Part shown: positions 1 to 11,723 of the stretch, one piece after another
How positions within the stretch are numbered: the stretch's first letter is position 1
Layout of the letters: every line of letters starts with the position of its first letter
Source of the DNA: Veleropilina oligotropha
Lineage: Eukaryota
Assembly: GCA_048128005.1 (NCBI GenBank)
Contig: JBEUKZ010000064.1
Coordinates: 1 to 64,000 of the forward strand
Length of the DNA: 64,000 nt
Direction: 5' to 3'
The notes under the pieces: model-generated
Told to the model about the DNA's origin: nothing
Seen by the model: only the letters and a program-made list of their open reading frames with translations
The model's database searches: none
Translations under genes and position numbers: made by a program

Positions 1-410
1 AGTATTTGTAGGTCGTGTATATAACTTTCGCGACACAATATTGCAAAAATATGCATTTATTAGGCTTTTAGCCATATTTGTATATAACGTATGTCAAATG
101 TTTCTAGTAAATATCAATGACGTCATTACGATGACGCTTTGAGTGACGTCACAATCGACGGGGTGGTAAAGTCTTGTAGTAAACTTCGCCATTGTAACGT
201 TCTAGCTGTTCTGAAAATCTGACCGAAATAAAGAAAAGTCAAGACATATTCCGAACGCGTCGTTCTTGTTATTTTTAACGCTAATTAAGCGACCTGACTA
301 AACTGGAGTTTTGCAAAACCAACACCTCATGCGCGCTAGCTAAATTAAACGTCAACCCAACAACAGTGGCGTCTCTTTCTTGAATACACAGTTGCTGCCT
401 TGACACGTAA
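1..410. repeat. Interspersed repeat, inverted copy of 53620-53980
   Basis: 1-40 (agtatttgtaggtcgtgtatataactttcgcgacacaat) is the reverse complement of ~53942-53980; diverged similarity continues to ~410. Confidence 0.85.
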
Positions 411-421
411 TAATTGACATT

Positions 422-750
422 CCATGGTGGATGATTTATGCCATGTCGTCTTGACGCCCCGCCAATACCGCGCCAAAATGAAAAGACGACAAGAGCACAA
501 CACGACAGGACGACATTTTAACGCGAAAAGACGACAATCTAACGCGAAAAGACGACAATCTAACGCGAAAAGACGACAAATACAGCCTGTTGTTTTATCG
601 TTCTGGTGCGTCCACGTTGTCCTCTTTTCGCGTTAAAATGTCGTCTTGTTGTTCTGTCGACTTGTCGTTTTGGTGCGGTATTTTTCCATCTTTTCGCTCT
701 GTCATCTTGGCGGGGCAACAAGACGGCATGGCATATATCAGGCACCATAG
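422..750. mobile_element. Palindromic MITE-like element
   Basis: Ends ccatggtggatgatttatgccatgtcgtcttg / caagacggcatggcatatatcaggcaccatag are imperfect inverted repeats; internal 21-bp subrepeats (taacgcgaaaagacgacaatc) with an inverted counterpart. No clear TSD. Confidence 0.75.
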
Positions 751-1196
751 CCAACAACGTTCTTTATTCGTCATCATTGTAAAGGACACCCGGTGTCATC
801 TTCGCTTTTCACTGCATTATACATTTATCAGCAAAAGCAAATATGGTTAAATTCATCTGTGTTTGTGACTGTCTTATTTGGTTTGTGAATATCATAACCG
901 TCTGCAACTGATATGCGTTACGTTATGCCCTGTGTTTACCTCTGAACATCTAATGCACATCGCACTATCACCAACACGCTCCACACACAGATAGTGCAGG
1001 TGAAATAATAGACACAAGATAAATTTCGTAATATCTGTCACGATTTTACTTTATAAAATATTATAAGCTCTACCTTAACAACATAATATTTATAACACAT
1101 ATTGTAGCTATATGATAATATTTAACCAAAGTAATATTTTTAAATATAGAACGAATTGAACACGTTAAAGTGGGTATGAAATAATCATTAATAAGG

Positions 1197-1348
1197 ATGA
1201 ATAACGCAATCAGGAACCAGTCTCGTGGAAGCAGACTGTTATCATGGGGCAGCGACTTGCGTCCGTCATCTCGCACCGAAAGAAACGGCAGTGTTGGGGC
1301 TACCCCGACCAGTATCCGCGAGTCGGAGAGGAGATCGAGGCGGGGATC
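1197..1348 (+). CDS. Candidate alternative first coding exon A (MNNAIRNQSRGSRLLSWGSDLRPSSRTERNGSVGATPTSIRESERRSRRG-S)
   Basis: In-frame TAA at 1182, ATG at 1197 (A at -3), 50 open codons + 2 nt, then TC|GTGAGT donor (phase 2); CpG-rich patch in AT-rich unique DNA. Confidence 0.6.
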
Positions 1349-1522
1349 GTGAGTAACAAATAACATAGGCGTATCCGTGGTACCGCTATCACGTAATTGT
1401 TGATATGTCGTTACGTGCGAAACGCATACAAGATGTACTCATTTACATGCGCATACGGAATATCACTTAAGGTCATAACTTCCCACTTCTAATTCAAACC
1501 AACTGTCATCGATAACTTAACT

Positions 1523-1637
1523 GGATGGATGGATTGATTCTTAACATCCTGTATATTTACAACAATCAGGTTCAAGGCCGGACATATCCATACTACCGCG
1601 TGATGAATGTCCGGTCAGCCTGGGAAACCCGGCCTGT
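1523..1637 (-). mobile_element. 3' fragment of the SINE family seen full length at 6932-7196
   Basis: cttaacatcctgtatatttacaacaatcaggttcaaggccggacatatcc matches ~6952-7001; (TGGA)n tail. Confidence 0.75.
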
Positions 1638-1639
1638 TG

Positions 1640-2585
1640 TAGATAGATATATAGATAGATTTATTTGGTAAAAAAAACATTAAAATGTATACAATGAATA
1701 TAACATTAAATGTTAAATACCAGGATACCACAGGAAAGTCCGTAAATTTATTTCCACTGTGGTCCTTAATAACATGAAATGCACATACAAACATATATAG
1801 ACATACATATATAAATAATATAAAAAGTAGTAAGACTTATCACAGATGACTAAATTATTTAAAAAAATAAAATTTCTTAAAAATATAAAAAATTTACAAA
1901 TATAATTTGATCCAAAAGTGACTAGTGCTCTAAATGTTTGCGGACTCCTTTCTTAAATCTGTACATGGTGTCCAAAAAACGAATATCTGATGGAAGGGAG
2001 TTCCATGCCTTAGCTCCATTGTAATAAAAAGATTTCACAATTTGACCCTTGCAACAATGTACGGCAAAGTTTAGAGAGCTGTTTCTGGTGCAGTAATTAT
2101 GTCGATCATTTACTCTAGTAAAATTAGATGTCATATAGCTTGGACAAGTCTTATGAAATACATTGTACATGTGGTTAAGACTTAACTGTTTGGCACGATT
2201 TTCAACATTCAACAAATTCAGGTTTGCTAACACTGTACTATTTATACTGTCCCTGGGACCAAGATTGCAAATGAACCGGACACATTTATTTTGTGCAACC
2301 TGTAGTTATTGTTTTATTTCCTGGCTTAAACCATGATACCATGCTGTGCAGCAATAATCAAAATGGCATAGTACAAGAGAACAACACACTGTCCTTTTAA
2401 TATGTGATGGAAGGGCTGTACATGTCTGTAAAGAAAGTGAAGTCTGGAATTTATTTTTTTAACAATAGATTGAACAATAAAATCACCTGTTAATAGATTA
2501 TCAATATCAACCCCAAGATAGCATACTCGATCTGTGGCTTTTTATATACAGACAACAGCGATTGTTAACTGAAAAAGAATGTTAA
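1640..2585 (-). mobile_element. 5'-truncated LINE (CR1/L2 group), degenerate ORF2 C-terminus plus 3' UTR
   Basis: Minus-strand motifs YLGVDID, HFDYCCTAWY, QVAQNKCVRFI, and ORF 1922-2233 SFYYNGAKAWNSLP...FKKGVRKHL; tail aataaatctatctat near 1650-1667. Confidence 0.85.
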
Positions 2586-2619
2586 TGCCCCAACAATCAT
2601 TCGAACACATTCCTGTTAG

Positions 2620-2850
2620 TTAGCGTAATCGGGCCAGTGAATTCACGCGATACCACACGACTACCTGGGCGGCCTAATAGGGTGTGGCGATAGGTTGTGG
2701 GTTCGATTCCCACTCCGGCGTGGCTTATTCTAACGTTTGAAACTAATAGAAGAGATGGCGTAAACACCTTCCACCCGTTAAACCGAGGTTCCGACTACAG
2801 ACACGACTGAAAAATTGTAAAAAATGTGGTCGTAAAACTAAACTGATAGA
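2620..2850 (+). mobile_element. tRNA-derived V-SINE-like element
   Basis: B-box ggttcgattccc (~2700), V-domain-like cgttaaaccgaggttccgactacag, tail gactgaaaaattg...ggtcgtaaaac shared with 19910-20140. Confidence 0.7.
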
Positions 2851-3712
2851 CCTCATATCAGCCGATTTCCAAGGCGACCACTGCACAACTAGTGGACACG
2901 CCCTTTTCATCGCATATTTGAATGATATCCTGGCAAATTAACACTAATGTATTTTGTCAAAGTTAGATAATGGTTTAACATTTACTACTGTTACTCGATT
3001 CCTGATTATTCCATGTGTCAAACATCTCCAGGAAATGAGATAATGCTACCGTTATTGACAGACAATCGGTATTGGCTTCCGATTCCGCTCTAGTCGATCT
3101 CACACGAATGAAATAACGCGAGGCGATTGATTAATGTATACAGACCAGCATGTTTAACGATATAAAGAATGTTTACTTTTCTTTTATCGCCAATTCATTA
3201 TTAAGTTTACAATATGCTACATGCATTATTATCGAATGAACGCATTATTTCATAATGAGATATCGAATGTATAGCAGACAAAATAGAAGATTACTGATCG
3301 ATATCAGATAAATAGACACTAGCGTATACCTGAATACTGTATTGTTCCACGGACCTCTGTCCGCTGTCACGGAATGAGAATGGTGTGTTTTACAATGCAG
3401 ATATATCTTGTTCCATCACTAGGATACAGGGCTTCGACGTCTGGTATGTCGGTGCTCCGTGCAACTATTGTAATCCACGACGTTAAATATGCCATTTCAT
3501 TCAGAGTCAAATTAACTACAGTGTTTGACTCTTTGATATAAGATTATAGTGACTACCAGTGTTATCGTAGTTGGAAATCATCGTAGCCAAGGACATACAT
3601 ATAACCAATAGTCTCTGGAAGTTGTGGTGTAAAGTTTAAGGAACAGCTACATCCAGATGTGCCTTTATTTGAACATTATTACTGAGGACAGTTAGCTATA
3701 AAGTGAATCAAC

Positions 3713-3807
3713 ATGCAACGAAAGAGCATGTCCTCGGTCCTGTCCGCGGTCAAAACTGGACATGCGATCAAACAAAGCCGCATAGAGAGGAGAGAAGCAC
3801 AAGAAAG
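3713..3807 (+). CDS. Candidate alternative first coding exon B (MQRKSMSSVLSAVKTGHAIKQSRIERREAQE-R/S)
   Basis: In-frame TGA at 3704, aacATG at 3713, 31 codons + 2 nt, perfect AAG|GTAAGT donor, phase 2. Confidence 0.7.
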
Positions 3808-5137
3808 GTAAGTTACAGAATATTCATGAAACAAATAACATCCATCGTTTTACATTTCAAACCATTAATTTGTGTAGAAAATCATATGATTTTCTCACTA
3901 AAGATGCGGAAATTAATATGTTCAAACGGATATGATTAATTTCACTGTGTCAGAGCTTCAATCTTATCATATTTGGTTGGATTAAGTTAGACTAATTTTG
4001 CTATGATCTTTCATTTTATAGTATCACATACAAAAAACATCCCTCATTGTATGTTTGTCGTTGAAATATCTTGAATATCTTCTATGATATAACCAACCAA
4101 TATGAAGAATCCGCCTTGTAAAAATAAGAATGTCCTTGCACGACATAAGCATCGATTCTCACAAATTAAATTTTGATATCTGCATGGACACTTCGTTTAC
4201 TCAGCACCCACCAGTGGAATACCATATAATATACTAATTAATGTTAATGAAAATATGCATGCATCGGAAGCATTTACTCTTCGCGGATCATAGTATAATA
4301 TGCATGAAAGTGTTTGGACACAGTCAATTTGACAAATACAGTATCCTTATGAGGCGTGCAACACTGTGTTCGGTGCCTATAGACCAAGAGCTCACGATAG
4401 AAGATTTCACTACATTTTACCCAGAAGGTTTGACCACATAAATTGTTTAGGCCACCTAAATGATTAATAAAAATTTTGTCAGATTCACCCCTGGTGGTGG
4501 GTCTGACCACCTGACCCCCCCAAAAGTGACCACCGGGGGGTTGTATTTACCCCATCGTATTCATGGACTAACATTTATCAGAACATACTAGTATGATAGG
4601 CGATTACAAAAAATGAAAAACTGACCAAATTTTGAGGGGGAAAGGCGTGGTCAGACCCCCCCAAAGACCCCCTCCGAGTGTGGTTTGTTGACCTCATAAG
4701 CTACATGGACTAAACTTTGTAAAACCAAAGCAGTATGATGGTGTATTACAAACAAGATGAATCTGACCAAATATCTGAGGGGGAAGTTGAGGTCAGAAAA
4801 ATTCCTTTGGTGTGTTTGGAGGGGGGGATAATCCTATCCGCTCTATTAAAGAAGAATTTTCTTTTCAGATAACACCAAAAGCAAAATGTAGATTCCTGGA
4901 ATTAACATAAATACAAATAAAAATTTCAACATCTACTTATGTGTTTTATGTTGTTTTTATTACACAATTACTTCTCCAGTACTATGTTAATACATTTAAT
5001 AAAACCTCTCACTTCACAACTATTACATTTACAAAAAGCCTGCTAGGTTTTGTAAATCGAATGAAATTACTCACTGAAACATGCAGTCATATGTAGGGCA
5101 ATTGATCATGCACTAAATATTAATAATAGTCTAATAA

Positions 5138-7722
5138 ATGTTTAAAAGAGGAGGGTTCTCCATTAAAAGAACAAAGAAGTCATTTTCTGGAAGTCCAATT
5201 GACCTTACATTGGAGAAAACGATCAATGCAGATACCGCTAGTCAAAGGACTGGAATAGCTTCACTGACCAACTCCATATCTGCTAGACGCAGATGGGTAG
5301 AGTCGCACTTCCTTCGATCAAGTGTTATTTCATTTGTGTTTGAAGACCTGCACATGAGCAAGAATGTGTACATTACAGAGAGTCTCAAACCCAATCGAAT
5401 TAGGAGAGATAATACACCACTCCAATGTATCCTGGCAATGTGGAAAGAGATCATGAATCCTTTCGATACTGGAATGGATCTTGAACAACTCTATAACATT
5501 GGAACAGGTAAGGCATCTTCCGAAAACACAGCGAATTTCCTCCTTAATGTTGCTGAAATTGTGAAAGAACGAAAATGTCAATTTAACAATGAGTGCATTG
5601 AAGATCCAAGAAGGTTTGAAAGGAGAATACAGCAACAGAAGGAGTACACATTTGCATCGGAAGTCGGTAAACACAAACTTCAAGGATCAGATGGAAATGT
5701 AGTAGCAGCATGCCTGGTCTGAGACCTGTTCGGAAATATTTTATACCACTTACTGAAACAAAAAGAATTGATATGGGGGAAGTGCTGAAATATCCTCTGA
5801 CACCAGTTCTACTGTCGTTAAGTCATGCCGATGGCACAATGCAGAAAACTCCTAAAGCTGTGATTCTGAAACATCTAGAATCACAAGTGACTACAACACC
5901 TCCAACATCAGTAGACACAACCATCATCTAAAAGACTATGCTTCATTTGTTATACACTTGCTGATGAATTCAGCTCCCCCGTACACATTTGGTGGAGTAT
6001 CAAGATTTTCAGCAGAAAGCAATAATATACTTTTTGTCACTGAAAAATGGCTGTCATCTTCAATCAAAGATTATGAATGTAATCCGAGAACATCATCATC
6101 TGTAGGATACCAGATCACTGGACCAGCTCAGAAACGACCAAGTAACTGGATAACCGCCCTCAGAAATTCCAGGTTCAAAGAGTCATTAATTGAGTTCGTT
6201 ATTAACAGCTGGAAGAACAATGACCTGGTCGATGTGTTTCAGCAAAAAAGCTGTTTGTCAATTCTGGTGACATATGCTACAATTATAGAATGCTTGATGG
6301 TAAAGTAGTAAAAAAACTCAGAAGCTACATTGTGCAGATATCATGAAGAAGCCGACAGTAGGATGTTTTACCATCTTGCAAATATACCTGCACCAAACAA
6401 TGTTGTGATCCGTACATGTGACGCTGATTGCCTTGTTATTGCCTTAGGTTGCTACCAACTATTTGATCAGTCATTGCAGATATGGATATATGCTGGCTTG
6501 CAACCAAACAACAACCAAAGATACATCAGTATACGTATAAACCAGATTGATGCAGCATTTGGCGAATCATTTTGCAAATCCCTTCCAGCTTATCATGCCT
6601 TCACCGGTTGTGATTGCAGTCCATCATTCAGCAGAAAAGTCAAAATGAAGCCACTGAAACTACTGCAAAAGAACAATGAAGCACAGACAGCATTTACCCA
6701 TCTGGGGTATGTGGCATAAATCAATGCAACCACAATTAATAAAATAAAGAAGTTTGTGTGTAAGATGTATGGCAAGAGAAAGTTATCAACGGTTGATGAA
6801 TTTGAAGTCCATCTGCAGATTTTTTTGGACAAGTACAAACCAAAGAAAGGACACCAAGGAATTTTGTTTGCAAAGAAGTTCGATGGCAGTGCTCTACCAC
6901 CATGCTCAATGGTAATATTACAATAGATAAGGGAGGGAGGGAGGAATGATGCTTAATGTCCTGTATATTTACAACATCGAGGTTCAAGGCAGGATATGTC
7001 CGTGTTATCGCGGGAGGAAACCCCGGTCGCCCGGGTAAACCCGCCCTCTTCGGCCAGTCGCGGACAACTGTGATTCAGAACTTGAACAAATGTCAATGCC
7101 TCTGCCAGGTATTGAACCCACTACTGTTCGCATTAGCGGAATCAAGCCAGTGAATTTGGAGTGGTCACTCTTACCCACTGCGCTGCCGAAGCGGCCACAA
7201 TAGATAAGACGTACATATCTAATTGCGAAGCAGTGGTTATCGTCAACTCAACGCAAGCAGTCCGAATTATGACCACTATAATTTGATTGGAAACAGGAAG
7301 ATGTCTGCTATCGACTTCAATGGTTGGAAGGTGACGCTTCTCCAAAAGCCCTCGATGTTGTTTGCAGTGAAGACAGAAGATAAGTAAAAATTTAATTTTG
7401 ATGAAATGTTTCCATTATTTTATCCATTTGACATATTTGGGCAAGTATACCTTTTATTTTCTTACAATCTGGTACACAAAGGTAAATGGCAGTTTCCTTT
7501 GGAATGGTACAATTATGTAGCCCAACCCAGGAAAATGTTTCATTTGTGATTATGAGTTGGTGATTTTGAAGAACAAGTGAGATTTTAAATGCTCGCATAT
7601 CATGTAATGAAATAAACCTCAGTCATGAAAATATTTTTTATTGCAGAAGAAGGAGCAAATGCTTACGAAGATGATGAGAAAGAAAGAGACAGCGACTGTG
7701 AAAGCAATGAAGATGAGATATA
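5138..7722 (+). pseudogene. Fragmented Academ transposase C-terminal part and XPG/FEN-like nuclease domain
   Basis: Frameshifted ORFs with PIDLTLEKTINAD, YPLTPVLLSLSHADGTMQKTPK, HEEADSRMFYH...D.DCLVI, HAFTGCD...K.K, LPPC, and an acidic tail at 7648-7722; many stops and frameshifts. Confidence 0.85.
6932..7196 (-). mobile_element. Full-length tRNA-derived SINE inserted in the Academ ORF
   Basis: 12-bp TSD ACAATAGATAAG (6920-6931, 7197-7208); minus-strand head GGCCGCTTCGGCAGCGCAGTGGGTAAGAG (A box) and GGTTCAATACC (B box); (CCCT)n tail. Confidence 0.9.
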
Positions 7723-8819
7723 AGCAAATCAATATATAGCACACGAAATTACTGTCGTTTTACCAGTACGGTACATACAAATAGCATGGACAACATGCAG
7801 TAATAACATAATCATGCAGAACAAGATAATCAGATACCAGATACTGTTCACATTCATGTGCATGCACCTGTGACTATTTGCTTGATTACATGTGCTTATT
7901 ACATTCACATTTATTAGACTGATATTAATATTTAGTGCATGATAAATTGCCCCACATATGGCTACATGGTTCAGTGAGTAATTTCATTCTATTCACAAAA
8001 CCTAGCAGGCTTTTTGTAAATGTAATAGTTGTGAAGTGGAGAGATTTTATTAAATGTATTAACATAGGACTGGAGAAGTAATTGCATAATAAAAACAACA
8101 TAGAACACATAAGTAGATGTTGACATTTGTATTTGTATTTATTTTAATTCCAGGATTCTACATTTTTCTTTTGGCGTGATCTGAAAAGAAATTCTTCGTT
8201 AATAGAGCGGATAGGATTATCTCCCCTCCCAACACAACACGTCAGTTTCATCTTGTTTGTAATACACCATCATACTGCTTTGGTTTTACAAAGCTTAGTC
8301 CATATAGCTTATAAGGTAAATAAACCACACTCGGAGGGGGTCTTTCGGGGGGGGGTCTGACCACGCCTTTCCCCCTCAAAATTTGGTCAGTGTTTCTTTT
8401 TTGTAATCGACTATCATACTAGTATATTGTGATAAATTTTGGTCCATGAATAAGATGGGGTAAATACAACCCCCGGGGATCATTTTTGGAGGGGTCAGGT
8501 GTCAGACCCATCACCAGGGGTGAATCTGACAAACTTTTTATTAATCATTTAGATGACCTAAGCAAGTTCAAGTGGTCAAACCTTCTGGGTAAAATGGGGT
8601 GAAATCTTCTCTCGTGAGCTCCCAGACTACTACCCCTACCTTGTATATTACGGGGAAAACGTGTGCAAAATTGTGAAAATGATCATATCCCCAGATGTCT
8701 TATGATTGACCTGTCTTAAGAAGCACATATATGTAATAATTATTGCAGATTTCATAAATGTATGGTATTTGGGAGATAAAATGTATTAACATTCTATTTT
8801 AGCAAGATTTCAGAAAATT

Positions 8820-9295
8820 GAATTGATTTGATGTTTAACGACAACGCCGACAATATTTCAGTCATAATCGGGTCGATTGACTTGGAAGGCTAGAATCTTG
8901 ATATATTAAAAACAGTATTAGCTTTTTCACATACGAGACATATACAATGATGTTAAACCAATGTATATATAAATTTACATATACATTTTCTGCCAGCAGA
9001 TTTGTAGAAGTAAATGGGATAAATTAAGTTTGTAAAAATTATTAACTGATTTAAAAAAATCAAAAATGACATCAATTTTAAAATTACAAAATAGTTCTTG
9101 GAGTGATAAAGCCCTAAATTTTTTGATGTATTGGTTCTAAATCAGCACAGTCCAATAAAATATGTTTGATTGTTAGATGTTAGCGACATGAGGAATACAC
9201 TGGGGTGGTGGCTCCCCTTTAAGAAAGTGGGAGTTAGTATAGTGAAAATGTCAGATTCTCAGTCTGGTTAAAGGATTTGTGAACACATAATATAT
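8820..9295 (-). mobile_element. I/Nimb-clade LINE 3' end
   Basis: Minus strand reads LTRLRI*HFHYTNSHFLKGEPPPQC, the I-clade C-terminal zinc-knuckle region; homologous to 16335-16610; 3' tail gactgaaatattg...gtcgttaaacatcaaatc. Confidence 0.7.
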
Positions 9296-11637
9296 TCTGG
9301 CTGATAATAATGCTATCGTGTATTTATTTATTATCTTATTAGTAGCGCCATGATTTAGATTATCAAAACATGGATACAAAAGATCCTTAGCAAGTCACCC
9401 CGAAATTTCCCGAACACTTATTAGGTGACGACACACTAGACCCACGAGTCCTAATTCTATTGTTCCTGTTGAGTAACCAATTTGCGGACAATGATGTTGC
9501 CATCGAATTCAAAAGATTCCGAGTGGCCTGTCCATTGTGACGTCAAATTCGACCCCTGACCTGAAAATATGACTATACTTGAGCTGATTGATTTCGCCAG
9601 GTCAGCTTACAACAAACACGGACACTCGTGAAAGACTATAACACAACAAATAATATGATAGAAATATGCCGTATAGTGAAATTTCGCCTATATTATGAGT
9701 TTTGGTTCACAAATCCTTTAAGACAACCTCTTCACGGCGTTGGGACCTGTAAGAGGGGTCCCATTGTAAGTTGCAATAACTTTTGTCCAATCCAGTAATT
9801 GTTTTTATAGAACAATAAAATATGTTTAAATAAAAATTCATCAAGAATGCTGTTGTGTTAAGTGCTGTAAGTTGAAGGTCCATTACTGGTGCACCAGTGT
9901 TCGGCGAGATTTCAGAATCCAGTATGATTTCAGATAACATATGCTGTATTTTTAAATATTTGATATTTGATATTCGCGATATTTGGCCATGTACCATAAT
10001 GTCTGTTCATGATGTGCAATGCTGGTATCAAGACACTAATTGCTGGTATAACCCTAACCCTAACCCTAACCCTGCTGGCATGAACTACTGCCAACATGAT
10101 GAATCAATTCCACCAAAAGAATACAATTTTTGATTCCGAAGATATTTTAATTTGAATAGGTTCGCAATGTGTCAAAATCTTTATATTTTATATTATTTTC
10201 CACTGATAGTCATAATGCTAATAATAGGGTGACAGAGACAGAGGTTCTGCCCCAAATCTCGGGTAAAGCCATATATGCTAGACTGTATTGCTATTCTGAT
10301 GACTGTTTTATGCATATTCAAATAACATTTTATATGTTTAGCCTAAATCGTTCAGTGAGAAACTTGACCAGAATAAATAATGTAACGTTAACGTATGCGG
10401 CACACAAGTTTGTACAAATATTGTGTTTAATTAATTTTCAGTATTAACTCGTAAGCTTGAAAGATGCCATTTCCTAACTCTACTGAATATAAGCATGGAA
10501 CGCCTGGCATTGTGCTAAAGCGACCTTAATAGTTGTATTGGTTAATCGCATAACCGTTATGATGCTTGATCATGATGCTAGCTACCCGAGTTCAATTCTC
10601 GGATGTTCCGGGAACATTTCACATGTGTTAGTCGTTCGATTGCACCCAGTATATATGTTTATATTGGATAAGGCGACGATTGAAAAATAGTTAAAATTTA
10701 AATATCTTTATCTTTGCTGCCTTTAAACATACTAATTTGTAGTTTCAGTATGCACCATAACAACAAGATCGACAACATCTTTAAAAATAACTATGTGACG
10801 GTAGCGTCAATAATCACCTGCTTGCACCGGGCATCGATCTCTGCGAGTCGCATCGATTGGTATCGTCTCATCGCCACGTGCCATCGGGGCCATTATCCTC
10901 CATTGTCAATCAAGTTCCAGGAATTCTAAAATGAAATAAGCAACAATAATGACCAAAGAGTGGTAATGCCGCGCTTATGCATTTATAAGAATGCTCGATG
11001 AAATCTATTCTTGGCGAATATTAGACGCCATTTAAATCTAAGCGCTCGATACGAAGATGAATGTGACCAGAAACAAAAGAATAAAGCCACCAGTTAAAGA
11101 TATTCGATCCAGGATACCCGATTACGGCCGCGGTGTTTATCTATGATGAAGTAGACTACTTCACTCTCCGCTAATTGTAGGTAGGAAATTGGCATGATTA
11201 TCCAGCTAAAATCGAAATTTGGTGACACACATTTGTCATTAAATCACTTATTGTTTGAAAGTAAGTGCTATAAATCGTATTGGTAAACCGGCTGACCAAC
11301 GTTTAACATCGCTACTGGATCCCATTAAGTCATTATTCCGTTTGACGATCTCATTCCACCCGAATGTTCCTATTTGTGGTCGTGTCTATATCTCCTTTTG
11401 TTTGCTGTATTGTTACTTATGGCAATTTCACGGTGTAATACTTCTCAAACTATACAGTCGGTGTTATCAGTGATGTGTGGAGTACTCTATGGTAACATGG
11501 GGTCACCGGTAGCGGGTGACCTCCGTAATGCAACTTGTTGAGGAATACTAGTGACAGGTACAAAAACTCTGAGACCATAAATCGAGGATTGCGGGTAGAC
11601 AGGGATATCATCAAGGATAGCGGGTAGACGGGGTATC

Positions 11638-11723
11638 ATGTCCGGTCGAAGGGACTCCAGCGACTTCATCGCCACCGCTCTCCGAGCGAGCAAGGTCGCC
11701 CGAGCCGCCGCGCTGTTCAAGGG
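11638..11723 (+). CDS. Candidate alternative first coding exon C (MSGRRDSSDFIATALRASKVARAAALFK-G)
   Basis: In-frame TAG at 11596, atcATG at 11638, 28 codons + 2 nt, GG|GTGAGT donor, phase 2; CpG-rich. Confidence 0.7.

Larger units (their letters stand above)
4380..8629 (+). mobile_element. Academ (AcademX-type) DNA transposon, internally deleted and degenerate
   Basis: TIRs of ~720-760 bp (4380-5141 / ~7907-8629), TAG...CTA termini, 3-bp TSD CTA (4377-4379 and 8630-8632), internal transposase/XPG remnants. Confidence 0.9.

Noticed and set aside
10048..10073. (TAACCC)4 telomere-like repeat
   Set aside because: Only four units, interstitial; no sign of a chromosome end or fusion.
10540..10615. 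tRNA-like segment with gagttcaattctc
   Set aside because: No convincing cloverleaf; more likely a decayed SINE head.
10750..10859. ATG-open segment MHHNNKID...SRID ending TG|GTATCG in phase 2
   Set aside because: Donor is poor and the frame continues to a stop; insufficient support.
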